From: an uncultured Opitutia bacterium
GTDB lineage: Bacteria; Verrucomicrobiota; Verrucomicrobiia; Opitutales; Opitutaceae
Assembly (NCBI GenBank): GCA_903862955.1
Contig: CAIPAH010000030.1
Coordinates: 228,748-292,747 of the forward strand
Direction of reading: 5' to 3'
DNA length: 64,000 nucleotides
How positions within the stretch are numbered: position 1 is the first letter of the stretch; each line of letters opens with the position of its first letter. This document shows, in pieces, positions 25,122 through 32,918 of the stretch. The notes under the pieces were generated by a model. The model was not told the DNA's origin. It made no database searches and worked only from the letters and a program-made list of their open reading frames with translations. Position numbers and translations under genes: made by a program.

Positions 25122-26147
25122 TTAGCTTTTCAGGCCGTAAACGAGGACCTTGAAGGTGCCCGGCACCATCTTGGGGCGCTTGGTGTCGCCCGGCTTCTTG
25201 GGCTCAAACTGTGCGGAAGGCAGATAGATCTTATGGGACGCCGGATCCAACGCGATCGTGCGCGCGCTGCGCTCGGTATTGAGCGTTTGTACGATGATGA
25301 ATTTGTCCGGGGAATCCTCATGCACCACGGTCAGGGTGCCATCGGCGCCATTGGGGACAAAGGCCAGCTGGGTGGCGGGGTCAAAGGCCGCGCCATCGAT
25401 CCCGTTGCCGACCGGCAGCGCGGTCACGACGTGCCCGTCTTCGCTATCGAGGATCACCAGCTTGGCGTTGCCGCAGCCGAGAAAGAGCCGGTGGTGCGCC
25501 CGGTCGATCGCCATGCCCGTGGCCTCCTCCCCGGGCGCTATCGGCCAGCGGTGCGTCACGGCATGGGTCTTGGCGTCGAGCACGGCCACCTCGTTCTTGT
25601 CCTCGAGATTGACGAACACCCGGCCGCCGTCCGCTTGGGCGAATTCCGGTTTTCCGCCAAGCGGGATGGTCGCGGTCACCTTGCCGGAGCCGGGGGAGAT
25701 GACCGTGGCCGACTGGGCGCGGCCGTTGAAGGCGTAGACCTCCTCCTGCGTCGGCTCGAACAGCATGATATCCGGATTCTGGCCGGTCGAAATCTTTGCG
25801 AGCGTTTGCAGATGGCCGAGGTCAATCATGTTCACGGTGTTGTCGCGGCCGCTGCTGGCGAAACCCCGGCTCGATTTTGGCGCCACGGCGAAGTCATGCG
25901 CGCCGTTCAGACCGTTGATCTCGCCGACCACTGCGTCATTCACGGTGTCGATCACGACGATCTTTGTCGCATGGGTCACATACAGGCGGTGCGAGGCGGC
26001 ATCCGTCGAGAGACAGTCCCAACCACCTTCGCCACCCACGGGAATTTCCTTGAGGAACTGATAGCGTTCCTCGGCCTGGGCGAGGACGACAAAACCAGCA
26101 CAGAGCAAACTCCACAGACAAAACCGGCCTAACGAGCGGGATTTCAT
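25122..26147 (-). CDS. exported beta-propeller repeat protein (YncE/YVTN-like)
   Basis: 341 aa. It has a signal peptide (MKSRSLGRFCLWSLLCAGFVVLAQA) and repeated ...RLYV/RVFV/RLFL... blade-like segments. Confidence 0.6.
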   Translation of the reverse strand: MKSRSLGRFCLWSLLCAGFVVLAQAEERYQFLKEIPVGGEGGWDCLSTDAASHRLYVTHATKIVVIDTVNDAVVGEINGLNGAHDFAVAPKSSRGFASSGRDNTVNMIDLGHLQTLAKISTGQNPDIMLFEPTQEEVYAFNGRAQSATVISPGSGKVTATIPLGGKPEFAQADGGRVFVNLEDKNEVAVLDAKTHAVTHRWPIAPGEEATGMAIDRAHHRLFLGCGNAKLVILDSEDGHVVTALPVGNGIDGAAFDPATQLAFVPNGADGTLTVVHEDSPDKFIIVQTLNTERSARTIALDPASHKIYLPSAQFEPKKPGDTKRPKMVPGTFKVLVYGLKS

Positions 26148-26272
26148 GACTCGAAGGGGGCGTAATTTTGACGGGAAGGCAAAATAGTTGTGAACTATCC
26201 CCGAATGGCATGACTCGAACTACGACACCACCCATGCGCCCTCGCTCCGAGATTGTTGATCTCTTTCCGTTG

Positions 26273-27043
26273 ATGGGCAGACGGCCACCTTGGTTCCTCC
26301 CATTTTGGTCCCTGGTCGTCGCGTTGACTACACCCGCGTCCGTCTTGGCCCAAGGTGGCCCGCCCATGCTCACCGATGACCCTGGCACTCCCGATTACCG
26401 GCATTGGGAAATCAATTTCGCCTTGGTCACCCAACATTCGCGGGACGGCACCCGAAGCTCCGACCTGCCTCTGCTGGACATCAACTACGGCGCGACGGAG
26501 CGCCTCCAGATCAAATACGAGATTCCGTGGGTCATTGCCGGTGAGCCCGGCCAGTCCAGCCGCGCCGGACTGGGCAATTCCAATTTTGGGCTGAAGTGGC
26601 GCTTTTTCGACGACGCGGCGGATGGCGGGTTGGCGATTTCCACGTTTCCGCAGCTGGAATTCAACAATCCCACCTCGTCCCGCCGCCGCGGCCTGGTGGA
26701 CAGCGGGAGCACGTTGCTGCTTCCCGTCGAAGTTCAGGGCAAACTTGGCGGCCTCGAATGGAATGCTGAGCTGGGCCGCAACTTTGCCGCGCAGGGCGAC
26801 GACGACTGGATCTACGGCTTGGTGCTCGGTCGGGAGATTAACGAGCGGCTCGAGCTCATGGTCGAGTTGCACGGCGAGGGACATTTTTCGCGCACGGCGG
26901 ACGAGTGGGTGGCGAATGTCGGCGCGCGGGTGAAGCTCACCCCGCACGAGACACTGCTGGTTTCTGCTGGGCGCAGCGTGAACCACCTGCACGGCGCGGA
27001 GCTGACGTTCATCGGCTACCTGGGCCTGCAAACTACATTTTGA
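26273..27043 (+). CDS. putative outer-membrane beta-barrel protein
   Basis: The start is chosen at ATG 26273 (MGRRPPWFLPFWSLVVALTTPASVLAQ signal peptide); the tracked start at 26168 is a TTG. It has alternating-hydrophobic strands and a C-terminal ...GYLGLQTTF ending in Phe, as in many OMPs. Confidence 0.55.
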   Translation: MGRRPPWFLPFWSLVVALTTPASVLAQGGPPMLTDDPGTPDYRHWEINFALVTQHSRDGTRSSDLPLLDINYGATERLQIKYEIPWVIAGEPGQSSRAGLGNSNFGLKWRFFDDAADGGLAISTFPQLEFNNPTSSRRRGLVDSGSTLLLPVEVQGKLGGLEWNAELGRNFAAQGDDDWIYGLVLGREINERLELMVELHGEGHFSRTADEWVANVGARVKLTPHETLLVSAGRSVNHLHGAELTFIGYLGLQTTF

Positions 27044-27100
27044 GCCGGCCGGGCGCAGGCTTGCGCGGCGCCGGACCCTCTGGCTTGTTCGGGCGCCCCG

Positions 27101-28366
27101 ATGTCCGACCCCGCCATCCCCGCCCGTGCTCCGCTGGTCGATGCGGGCCGCTCGCTTCGCCTGACGCTCGCCGCCGCATTTTTGGGCTGGATGTTTGACG
27201 GGCTCGAAATGGGCCTCTTTCCCCTCGTGGCGCGGCCGGCGCTGCTGCAAATGCGGGGCGGCGCGGTCAACGACGCCTTCGTCGGCCACTGGATGGGCAT
27301 CATCACCGCCGCCTTTCTCCTCGGCGCTGCCGTGGGCGGGCTCGCGTTCGGCTGGCTCGGCGACCGCGTGGGCCGCGTGCGCGCGCTGAGTTTGAGCGTG
27401 CTCACCTACTCGATCTTTACCGGGCTCGCCTACTTTGCGCAGACGCCGGAATACCTCGCCGTCACGCGCTTCTGCGCGGCGCTCGGCATGGGCGGTGAAT
27501 GGTCGCTCGGCGTCGCGCTCGTGATGGAAGTCTGGCCGGAAAAGTCCCGCCCGATGCTCTCCGGCATTATCGGTGCCGCGGCCAACGTCGGCTTCTCCCT
27601 CATTGCCATCATCGGGCTGTTTTTCTCGGTCACGGTGCATTCCTGGCGCTGGGTCGTCTTGGTGGGCGCGCTGCCCGCCCTGCTGACGTTCTTCATCCGC
27701 CAGTTCGTGCCGGAGTCGGAAAAATGGCGGCACGCTGCCGAGGGCGCGCCGGCGAAGCCCGTGAGGGAAATCTTCGCCCCCGGGCTCCGGCGTGTGACGC
27801 TGCTCGCCACGGGGCTCACGGCCATCGTGCTCATCGGCACCTGGGGAACGGTGCAATGGATCCCGCTCTGGGCCGACCAACTCACGGGCGGCGCGCAACC
27901 CCAGGCCAAGGCCTGGACCGGCTTGGTCGCCGGACTCGGCGCCATCTCGGGTTGCCTGGCGGGCGCGTGGGCCGGCGGACGGTTTGGCCGGCGCTTCACC
28001 TATTTCGGCATGTGCCTGGGATCGCTGGTGAGCTGCGCCGTGCTGTTCCGCGGCGGCATCGGCTACGGCGCGGGATTTCTGCTGCTGACGTTTATCGTCG
28101 GCGCGATGACGGCGTCATTTTTCGGCTGGCTCCCGCTGTATCTGCCGGAGCTGTTTCCCACGCGGGTGCGCGCGACCGCGCAAGGTCTTGCCTACAACGC
28201 CGGTCGCGTGCTCGCCGCTGCGGGCGCGCTGCAAATGGGCGCGCTCATGCGCCAGTTCAACGGCAGCTATGCGCAGGCCGGCGCGGTCATCACGCTGGTG
28301 TATGCGATCGGTCTGGGCCTGATCTGGCTCGCCCCGGAAACCAAGGGGCGCGTCCTTCCGGACTGA
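27101..28366 (+). CDS. MFS transporter
   Basis: 421 aa with about 12 hydrophobic segments. It has MFS loop motifs (GWLGDRVGRVR and GGRFGRR). Confidence 0.8.
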   Translation: MSDPAIPARAPLVDAGRSLRLTLAAAFLGWMFDGLEMGLFPLVARPALLQMRGGAVNDAFVGHWMGIITAAFLLGAAVGGLAFGWLGDRVGRVRALSLSVLTYSIFTGLAYFAQTPEYLAVTRFCAALGMGGEWSLGVALVMEVWPEKSRPMLSGIIGAAANVGFSLIAIIGLFFSVTVHSWRWVVLVGALPALLTFFIRQFVPESEKWRHAAEGAPAKPVREIFAPGLRRVTLLATGLTAIVLIGTWGTVQWIPLWADQLTGGAQPQAKAWTGLVAGLGAISGCLAGAWAGGRFGRRFTYFGMCLGSLVSCAVLFRGGIGYGAGFLLLTFIVGAMTASFFGWLPLYLPELFPTRVRATAQGLAYNAGRVLAAAGALQMGALMRQFNGSYAQAGAVITLVYAIGLGLIWLAPETKGRVLPD

Positions 28367-28448
28367 GTACTGCGGCCTGAGCCCCACTCGCGCCGCCCAA
28401 TCCCCCGAATCTCTGCCCGACCGACCCGGATCGGGAGATGAACTTTGT

Positions 28449-28462
28449 TTGACCTGCATCAA
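28449..28462. promoter_or_regulatory. FNR/Dnr-type box TTGACctgcATCAA upstream of nirK
   Basis: It matches the TTGAT-N4-ATCAA consensus at 9 of 10 positions. Its centre is about 58 nt upstream of the nirK ATG (28514). The flank (ATCAAGG) is identical to that of the box at 36301. Confidence 0.7.
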
Positions 28463-28513
28463 GGCGCGTTCCGCCCGCTTGCGTTAACCTGTGCCCATCA
28501 TCCCGTCCTCCGC

Positions 28514-30031
28514 ATGAAGATCCTCCGCTCACCCACTCCCGCACTCGCCCTCTTGTTCATGTTGGTCTCGATCGCGCCACCCGCCCGCGCCGACGAGGGT
28601 CCTCAGGACGCCAAAGGCCTTGTCGCACTCCCCGCCGAGGTCGAAGCCCTGCCCGTCGAGCAAGCCATCCTCACCAGCGCGCCCAACGTCCCGCCGCCCT
28701 TCAAGCGCAAGTATTCCGCGCGTGTCATCGTGAACCTCGAGGTCCGCGAGGTCGTCAAGAAGCTGGCCGATGGCGTCGAGTATACCTTCTGGACCTACGG
28801 CGGCAGCGTTCCCGGCAAGTTCATTCGCGTCCGCGAGGGCGACGTCATCGAGTTCCACCTCAACAACCACCCGTCGTCCAAGCTTCCGCACAACATCGAC
28901 CTCCACGCCGTCACCGGCCCCGGCGGCGGCGCGGCGTCGACGTTCACCGCTCCCGGCCACAGCTCGCAGTTCACCTTCCAGGCGCTCAATCCCGGCCTCT
29001 TCGTTTATCACTGCGCCACCGCGCCCGTGCCGATGCACATCGGCAACGGCATGTATGGCCTGATCCTCGTCGAGCCCAAGGAGGGCCTGCCGCCCGTGGA
29101 CCACGAATACTACGTGATGCAGGGCGAGTTCTACACGACGGGCCGCTACGGCGAGGAGGGTCTGCAGTCCTTCGACATGGCCAAGGCCATCGACGAGCGC
29201 CCGCCCTACGTCGTCTTCAACGGCGCGGTCGGTTCCCTCGTCGGCGACAAAGCCCTCACCGCCAAGGTCGGCGAGACTGTCCGCATCTACTTCGGCGTCG
29301 GTGGCCCCAACCTCACGTCGTCCTTCCATGTGATCGGCGAGATCTTCGACAAGGTCTACCCGGAGGCCGGTCTCAGCCTGCCCAATCGCAACGTGCAGAC
29401 GACCCTCGTCCCCTCGGGCGGTGCCACGGCGGTGGAGTTCAAGGTCGACGTGCCCGGCACGTTCATCCTCGTCGACCACTCACTGACCCGCGCGTTCAAC
29501 AAGGGCGCGCTCGGCATGCTCAAGGTCAGCGGCCCCGAAAACCGCGTCATCTACTCCGGCAAGGAAATCGACGCCGTTTACCTCGGCGCGCAGGCCGAGG
29601 AAGGCTCCGAGTCCGCCAAGCGTGAGGCCGAGCTCAAGGGCCGCATCGCCGAGGAGATCAAATCCAACCCCGCCATCGCCGGCCTCACCAAGGAAATGCA
29701 GGCCGAGAAGGGCAAGCAGGTCTTCATGGGCCTGTGCTTCGCCTGCCACCAACCGGACGGCAAGGGCCTGCCCGGCGCCTTCCCGCCCCTCGCCGGTTCC
29801 GACTTCCTGCTCGCCGACCAGGAGCGCGCCATCCGCATCGTGCTGAAGGGCCTCAACGGTCCCGTCACCGTCAACGGCACCACGATCAACAGCGTCATGC
29901 CCCCGCAGGAGGCCGTGCTGACCGACACGCAAATCGCGGACGTCCTGACCTACGTTTACAACGCGTGGGGCAACAAGGGCGACGCCATCAGCATCAGCCG
30001 GGTCCGCGCGATCCGCAACGAAACGCACTGA
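28514..30031 (+). CDS. nirK: copper-containing nitrite reductase with C-terminal class I cytochrome c domain
   Basis: The start was set to ATG 28514 ([26 protein letters not shown] signal). It has the Cu-ligand motifs HNIDLHAV and [18 protein letters not shown]. The C-terminal haem site is CFACHQ, with a distal Met region (NSVMPPQ). Confidence 0.9.
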   Translation: MKILRSPTPALALLFMLVSIAPPARADEGPQDAKGLVALPAEVEALPVEQAILTSAPNVPPPFKRKYSARVIVNLEVREVVKKLADGVEYTFWTYGGSVPGKFIRVREGDVIEFHLNNHPSSKLPHNIDLHAVTGPGGGAASTFTAPGHSSQFTFQALNPGLFVYHCATAPVPMHIGNGMYGLILVEPKEGLPPVDHEYYVMQGEFYTTGRYGEEGLQSFDMAKAIDERPPYVVFNGAVGSLVGDKALTAKVGETVRIYFGVGGPNLTSSFHVIGEIFDKVYPEAGLSLPNRNVQTTLVPSGGATAVEFKVDVPGTFILVDHSLTRAFNKGALGMLKVSGPENRVIYSGKEIDAVYLGAQAEEGSESAKREAELKGRIAEEIKSNPAIAGLTKEMQAEKGKQVFMGLCFACHQPDGKGLPGAFPPLAGSDFLLADQERAIRIVLKGLNGPVTVNGTTINSVMPPQEAVLTDTQIADVLTYVYNAWGNKGDAISISRVRAIRNETH

Positions 30032-30042
30032 GTTTCACTCCC

Positions 30043-30861
30043 GTGAACCTGCCGCTCGGACTTCTCCGTTTCCTGCTCCTCCTGCCGGCCTTGCCGGCGG
30101 GGGCCGCAGGCGGAGCCGCCGGCGTGTCCGAGTCCGGCATGATTCACGTGCCCGCGGGAAACTACGCCCCGCTGCTCCGCACGCCCAAGGACCCCGCCAC
30201 CGTCAGCGTGGCCGCCTTCCTGCTCGATGAGCGGCCCGTCACCAACGCGGAGTTTCTCACGTTCGTCACCGCCGAGCCGAAATGGCGGCGCTCCGCGATC
30301 AGCCCGCTGTTCGCCGATGCCTCCTACCTCGGACACTGGGCGGGCGACCTCGCTCCCGGTCCCAACGCCCCGGCCGACGCACCCGTCGTTCGCGTCTCCT
30401 GGTTCGCCGCGCGCGCCTACGCCCGCTGGGCCGGCAAGCGCCTGCCCACCACCGCCGAATGGGAGTTCACCGCCGGCGCGGGCTACACGCGGCCTGATGG
30501 CAAAAACGACGAGCAGCTCAACCGCGATCTCTACGCCTGGCTGGCGCGGCCCGTGCCCGCGGTGTTGCCGGCGGCCGGACGCGGCCGGCCCAATTTCTAC
30601 GGCGTGCGCGACCTCCACGGCCTCGTCTGGGAATGGGTCGAGGATTTCAACACCGCGATGGTCACCGGCGAATCCCGCGGCGACACCGGCCTCGAGCGTG
30701 ATCTGTTTTGCGGCGCCGGTTCCATTGGGGCCAAGGACACCACCGACTACGCAGCCTTCATGCGCCAGGCGCTGCGCTCCTCACTCAAGGCCAACAACAC
30801 CACCACGTCGCTCGGCTTTCGCTGCGCCCGCGATCTCCCCCAAAAACCGTTCCAGCCATGA
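30043..30861 (+). CDS. nirV: formylglycine-generating-enzyme (SUMF1) family protein, NirV-like
   Basis: A GTG start at 30043 gives a signal-like N-terminus (VNLPLGLLRFLLLLPALPAGAAG). It has FGE-sulfatase-like motifs (VSWFAARAYARWAGKRLPTTAEWEF, GLVWEWVEDF, LGFRCARD). It lies immediately downstream of nirK, as nirV does in other denitrifiers. Confidence 0.7.
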   Translation: MNLPLGLLRFLLLLPALPAGAAGGAAGVSESGMIHVPAGNYAPLLRTPKDPATVSVAAFLLDERPVTNAEFLTFVTAEPKWRRSAISPLFADASYLGHWAGDLAPGPNAPADAPVVRVSWFAARAYARWAGKRLPTTAEWEFTAGAGYTRPDGKNDEQLNRDLYAWLARPVPAVLPAAGRGRPNFYGVRDLHGLVWEWVEDFNTAMVTGESRGDTGLERDLFCGAGSIGAKDTTDYAAFMRQALRSSLKANNTTTSLGFRCARDLPQKPFQP

Positions 30862-31490
30862 AAGCCCAACTCGTCCTCTTTCTGTTCTCCGCGGCGTTCC
30901 TCGCTGCCGCCGAGAATACCCCCGTCCCGCCCGCCACTCCCGTCGCCTGCCCGCATTGCGCAGCCGCGGCGGCGGCTTCGGCGCCGGCCGCGTCGGCGTT
31001 TACCCGCGAGTCGATTTACCAACTCGACGCGAAGTTCACCGACGACTCCGGCCGGACGTTCACCCTCGGGGAACTCCGCGGCCGCCCCGTCGTGCTGGAC
31101 ATGTTCTTCGCCTCCTGCGGCTACGCCTGCCCGCTGCTCGTCACCGACATGCAGGCCATCCGAGGACGCCTGCCGGCTGCGCTGCGCGACCGCGCTGTGT
31201 TCGTTCTGGTGTCCTTCGACGTCACCCGCGACACGCCCGTCGCCCTCGCGCAGTATCGCGCGCAGCGCGCCCTCGATGGGCAGTGGCGGCTGTTGCACGG
31301 GGACGATGACTCAGTCCGCGAACTCGCCGCGTTGCTCGGCGTGAAATACCGGCAGGACTCCGACGGCATGTTTTCCCATTCCAACGTCATCACTATCCTT
31401 AACGCGCAGGGTGAGATCGTGCACCAGCGCATCGGCCTCAAGGGCGGACTCGATGAAGCCGCCGCCGCGCTCGCCGCCGCAACGAGGTGA
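30858..31490 (+). CDS. senC: SCO1/SenC family copper chaperone
   Basis: The start was set to ATG 30858 (MKAQLVLFLFSAAFLAAA), overlapping the nirV stop (ATGA). It has the C-x3-C-P motif CGYACP and a downstream His (FSHSNVI). Confidence 0.8.
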   Translation: MKAQLVLFLFSAAFLAAAENTPVPPATPVACPHCAAAAAASAPAASAFTRESIYQLDAKFTDDSGRTFTLGELRGRPVVLDMFFASCGYACPLLVTDMQAIRGRLPAALRDRAVFVLVSFDVTRDTPVALAQYRAQRALDGQWRLLHGDDDSVRELAALLGVKYRQDSDGMFSHSNVITILNAQGEIVHQRIGLKGGLDEAAAALAAATR

Positions 31491-31512
31491 GTCCACTCTC
31501 GGCCCCACTCCC

Positions 31513-31746
31513 ATGACCCCGACCAAATTTAAAACCTTCGACGTCCGCCCGCTGCTCGCCAAGGGCGAGGAACCCATCGCCTTGATCCGCGTCAAGGTGG
31601 ATGCGCTCACCACCGGCCACGGTCTCATCGTCGTCGCGCCGTTCATGCCGGCGCCGCTCATTGAGCTGCTCAAGAGCGAGGGCTTCCAGTCCACGTTGGA
31701 GCGCGGCGTGGACGGGAGCTGGGCCGTCAAATTTTGGAAGGAATAA
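31513..31746 (+). CDS. DUF2249 domain protein
   Basis: The start was set to ATG 31513, giving 77 aa (MTPTKFKTFDVRPLLAKGEEPIALIRVKVDAL...). Size and sequence resemble the DUF2249 family found in NO-stress and denitrification clusters. Confidence 0.6.
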   Translation: MTPTKFKTFDVRPLLAKGEEPIALIRVKVDALTTGHGLIVVAPFMPAPLIELLKSEGFQSTLERGVDGSWAVKFWKE

Positions 31747-31761
31747 CCCCGCCCCCTCGCC

Positions 31762-32115
31762 ATGAAGAAAAACACCCTGCTCTCGCCCACCGAAGCCGCC
31801 ACCTGCTCCCTGCTGGCGCCGGTCGAAAATGTCGCCCACGGCATCGTCAGCCGCGCGGTGCTCACGACGCCGGGGCTGCGCGTCACGCTCTTTCATTTCG
31901 CTCCGGGCCAGGAACTGTCCGAGCACACCAGCAAGGCCCGTGCGCTGATCCAGGCGCTGGCGGGCACCTGCGTTTTCACCGTCGGCACCACGATCCACAC
32001 GCTCAAGCCCGGCGACCTGCTGCATCTCCCGCCCGGCGCCCCGCACGCCATGACCGCGCCCGAGGGCTGCAGCATGCTGCTCACGCAGGTAACGGAAGCC
32101 GGAGCTGCAGGTTAA
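31762..32115 (+). CDS. cupin domain protein
   Basis: 117 aa. It has cupin motif-like segments (FHFAPGQELSEHT and GDLLHLPPGAPHAM). Confidence 0.7.
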   Translation: MKKNTLLSPTEAATCSLLAPVENVAHGIVSRAVLTTPGLRVTLFHFAPGQELSEHTSKARALIQALAGTCVFTVGTTIHTLKPGDLLHLPPGAPHAMTAPEGCSMLLTQVTEAGAAG

Positions 32116-32190
32116 TCGCGGAAACGCGAAAGACCGGAAGCGCGGAAGACAGATCTCTCTTTAGCCGGAAGCCAGGAAAGCAGGAATTCT

Positions 32191-32220
32191 GTAGGGCGGG
32201 GTCGCCGAACCCCGCCCTGA
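32191..32220. terminator. GC hairpin (agggcgggg / ccccgccct, 8-nt loop) between convergent cupin and pdxH genes
   Basis: It has a 9-bp perfect stem at 32193-32201 and 32210-32218 and no U-tract. It sits in a 164-nt gap that also holds relic repeat fragments. Confidence 0.45.
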
Positions 32221-32279
32221 GGTTCTCGAACTCCCGGAGGCCCAAATCTCCGTGGCTTTGCGCCTTTGCGTGACCACCC

Positions 32280-32876
32280 TCAGGGAAAAATCCGCTGCGA
32301 GGCCCAGCCGGCGCCCGTCCACGTGTAGAGCACGCGCTCGTGGAGCCGAAACGGCTTCTCGTGCCAGAATTCAATGCTCTCCGGCGCGAGCCGGAAGCCG
32401 GACCAGTGCGGCGGCCGGGGAATCTTGCCCACCCCGAAACGCAGCGCCTCCGCAGCGCAATTTTTCTCCAGCTCGAACCGGTCTGCCATCGGACGCGACT
32501 GGTGCGACGCCCATGCGCCGAGCTGGCTGAGCCGAGCGCGCGACGCGAAATAAGCGTCGGCCTCGGCGTCGCTCACGGGCTTGACGGGACCCGTGACGCG
32601 CACCTGCCGCTTGATCTGGTTCCAGTAAAAGCACAGCGCCGCGCGCGGCCGGGCCGCGAGTTCGTGCGCCTTCGGGCTCTCCAGGTTCGTGTAGAATACG
32701 AAACCGCGCTCGTCGACGCCCTTGAGCAGCAGCATCCGCACGTTCGGGGCGCCGGACGCGTCCGCCGTCGCCACCGCCATGGCCGTGGGCTCCGGCACGC
32801 CGCCCTTTTCAGCCTCCGCGAACCAGGCGCTAAACTGCGCGATCGGATCCTCGCCGGTGCATGGGGGCGTGCTCAT
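32280..32876 (-). CDS. pdxH: pyridoxamine 5'-phosphate oxidase
   Basis: ATG 32876 ([15 protein letters not shown]) is preferred over the tracked TTG at 32894. It has RMLLLKG, FVFYTN and the C-terminal [14 protein letters not shown] motif typical of PdxH. Confidence 0.85.
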   Translation of the reverse strand: MSTPPCTGEDPIAQFSAWFAEAEKGGVPEPTAMAVATADASGAPNVRMLLLKGVDERGFVFYTNLESPKAHELAARPRAALCFYWNQIKRQVRVTGPVKPVSDAEADAYFASRARLSQLGAWASHQSRPMADRFELEKNCAAEALRFGVGKIPRPPHWSGFRLAPESIEFWHEKPFRLHERVLYTWTGAGWASQRIFP

Positions 32877-32918
32877 GGCTGGATGATGGCGCAAATCCGC
32901 GCCCGAGGGAAGCGTGGG

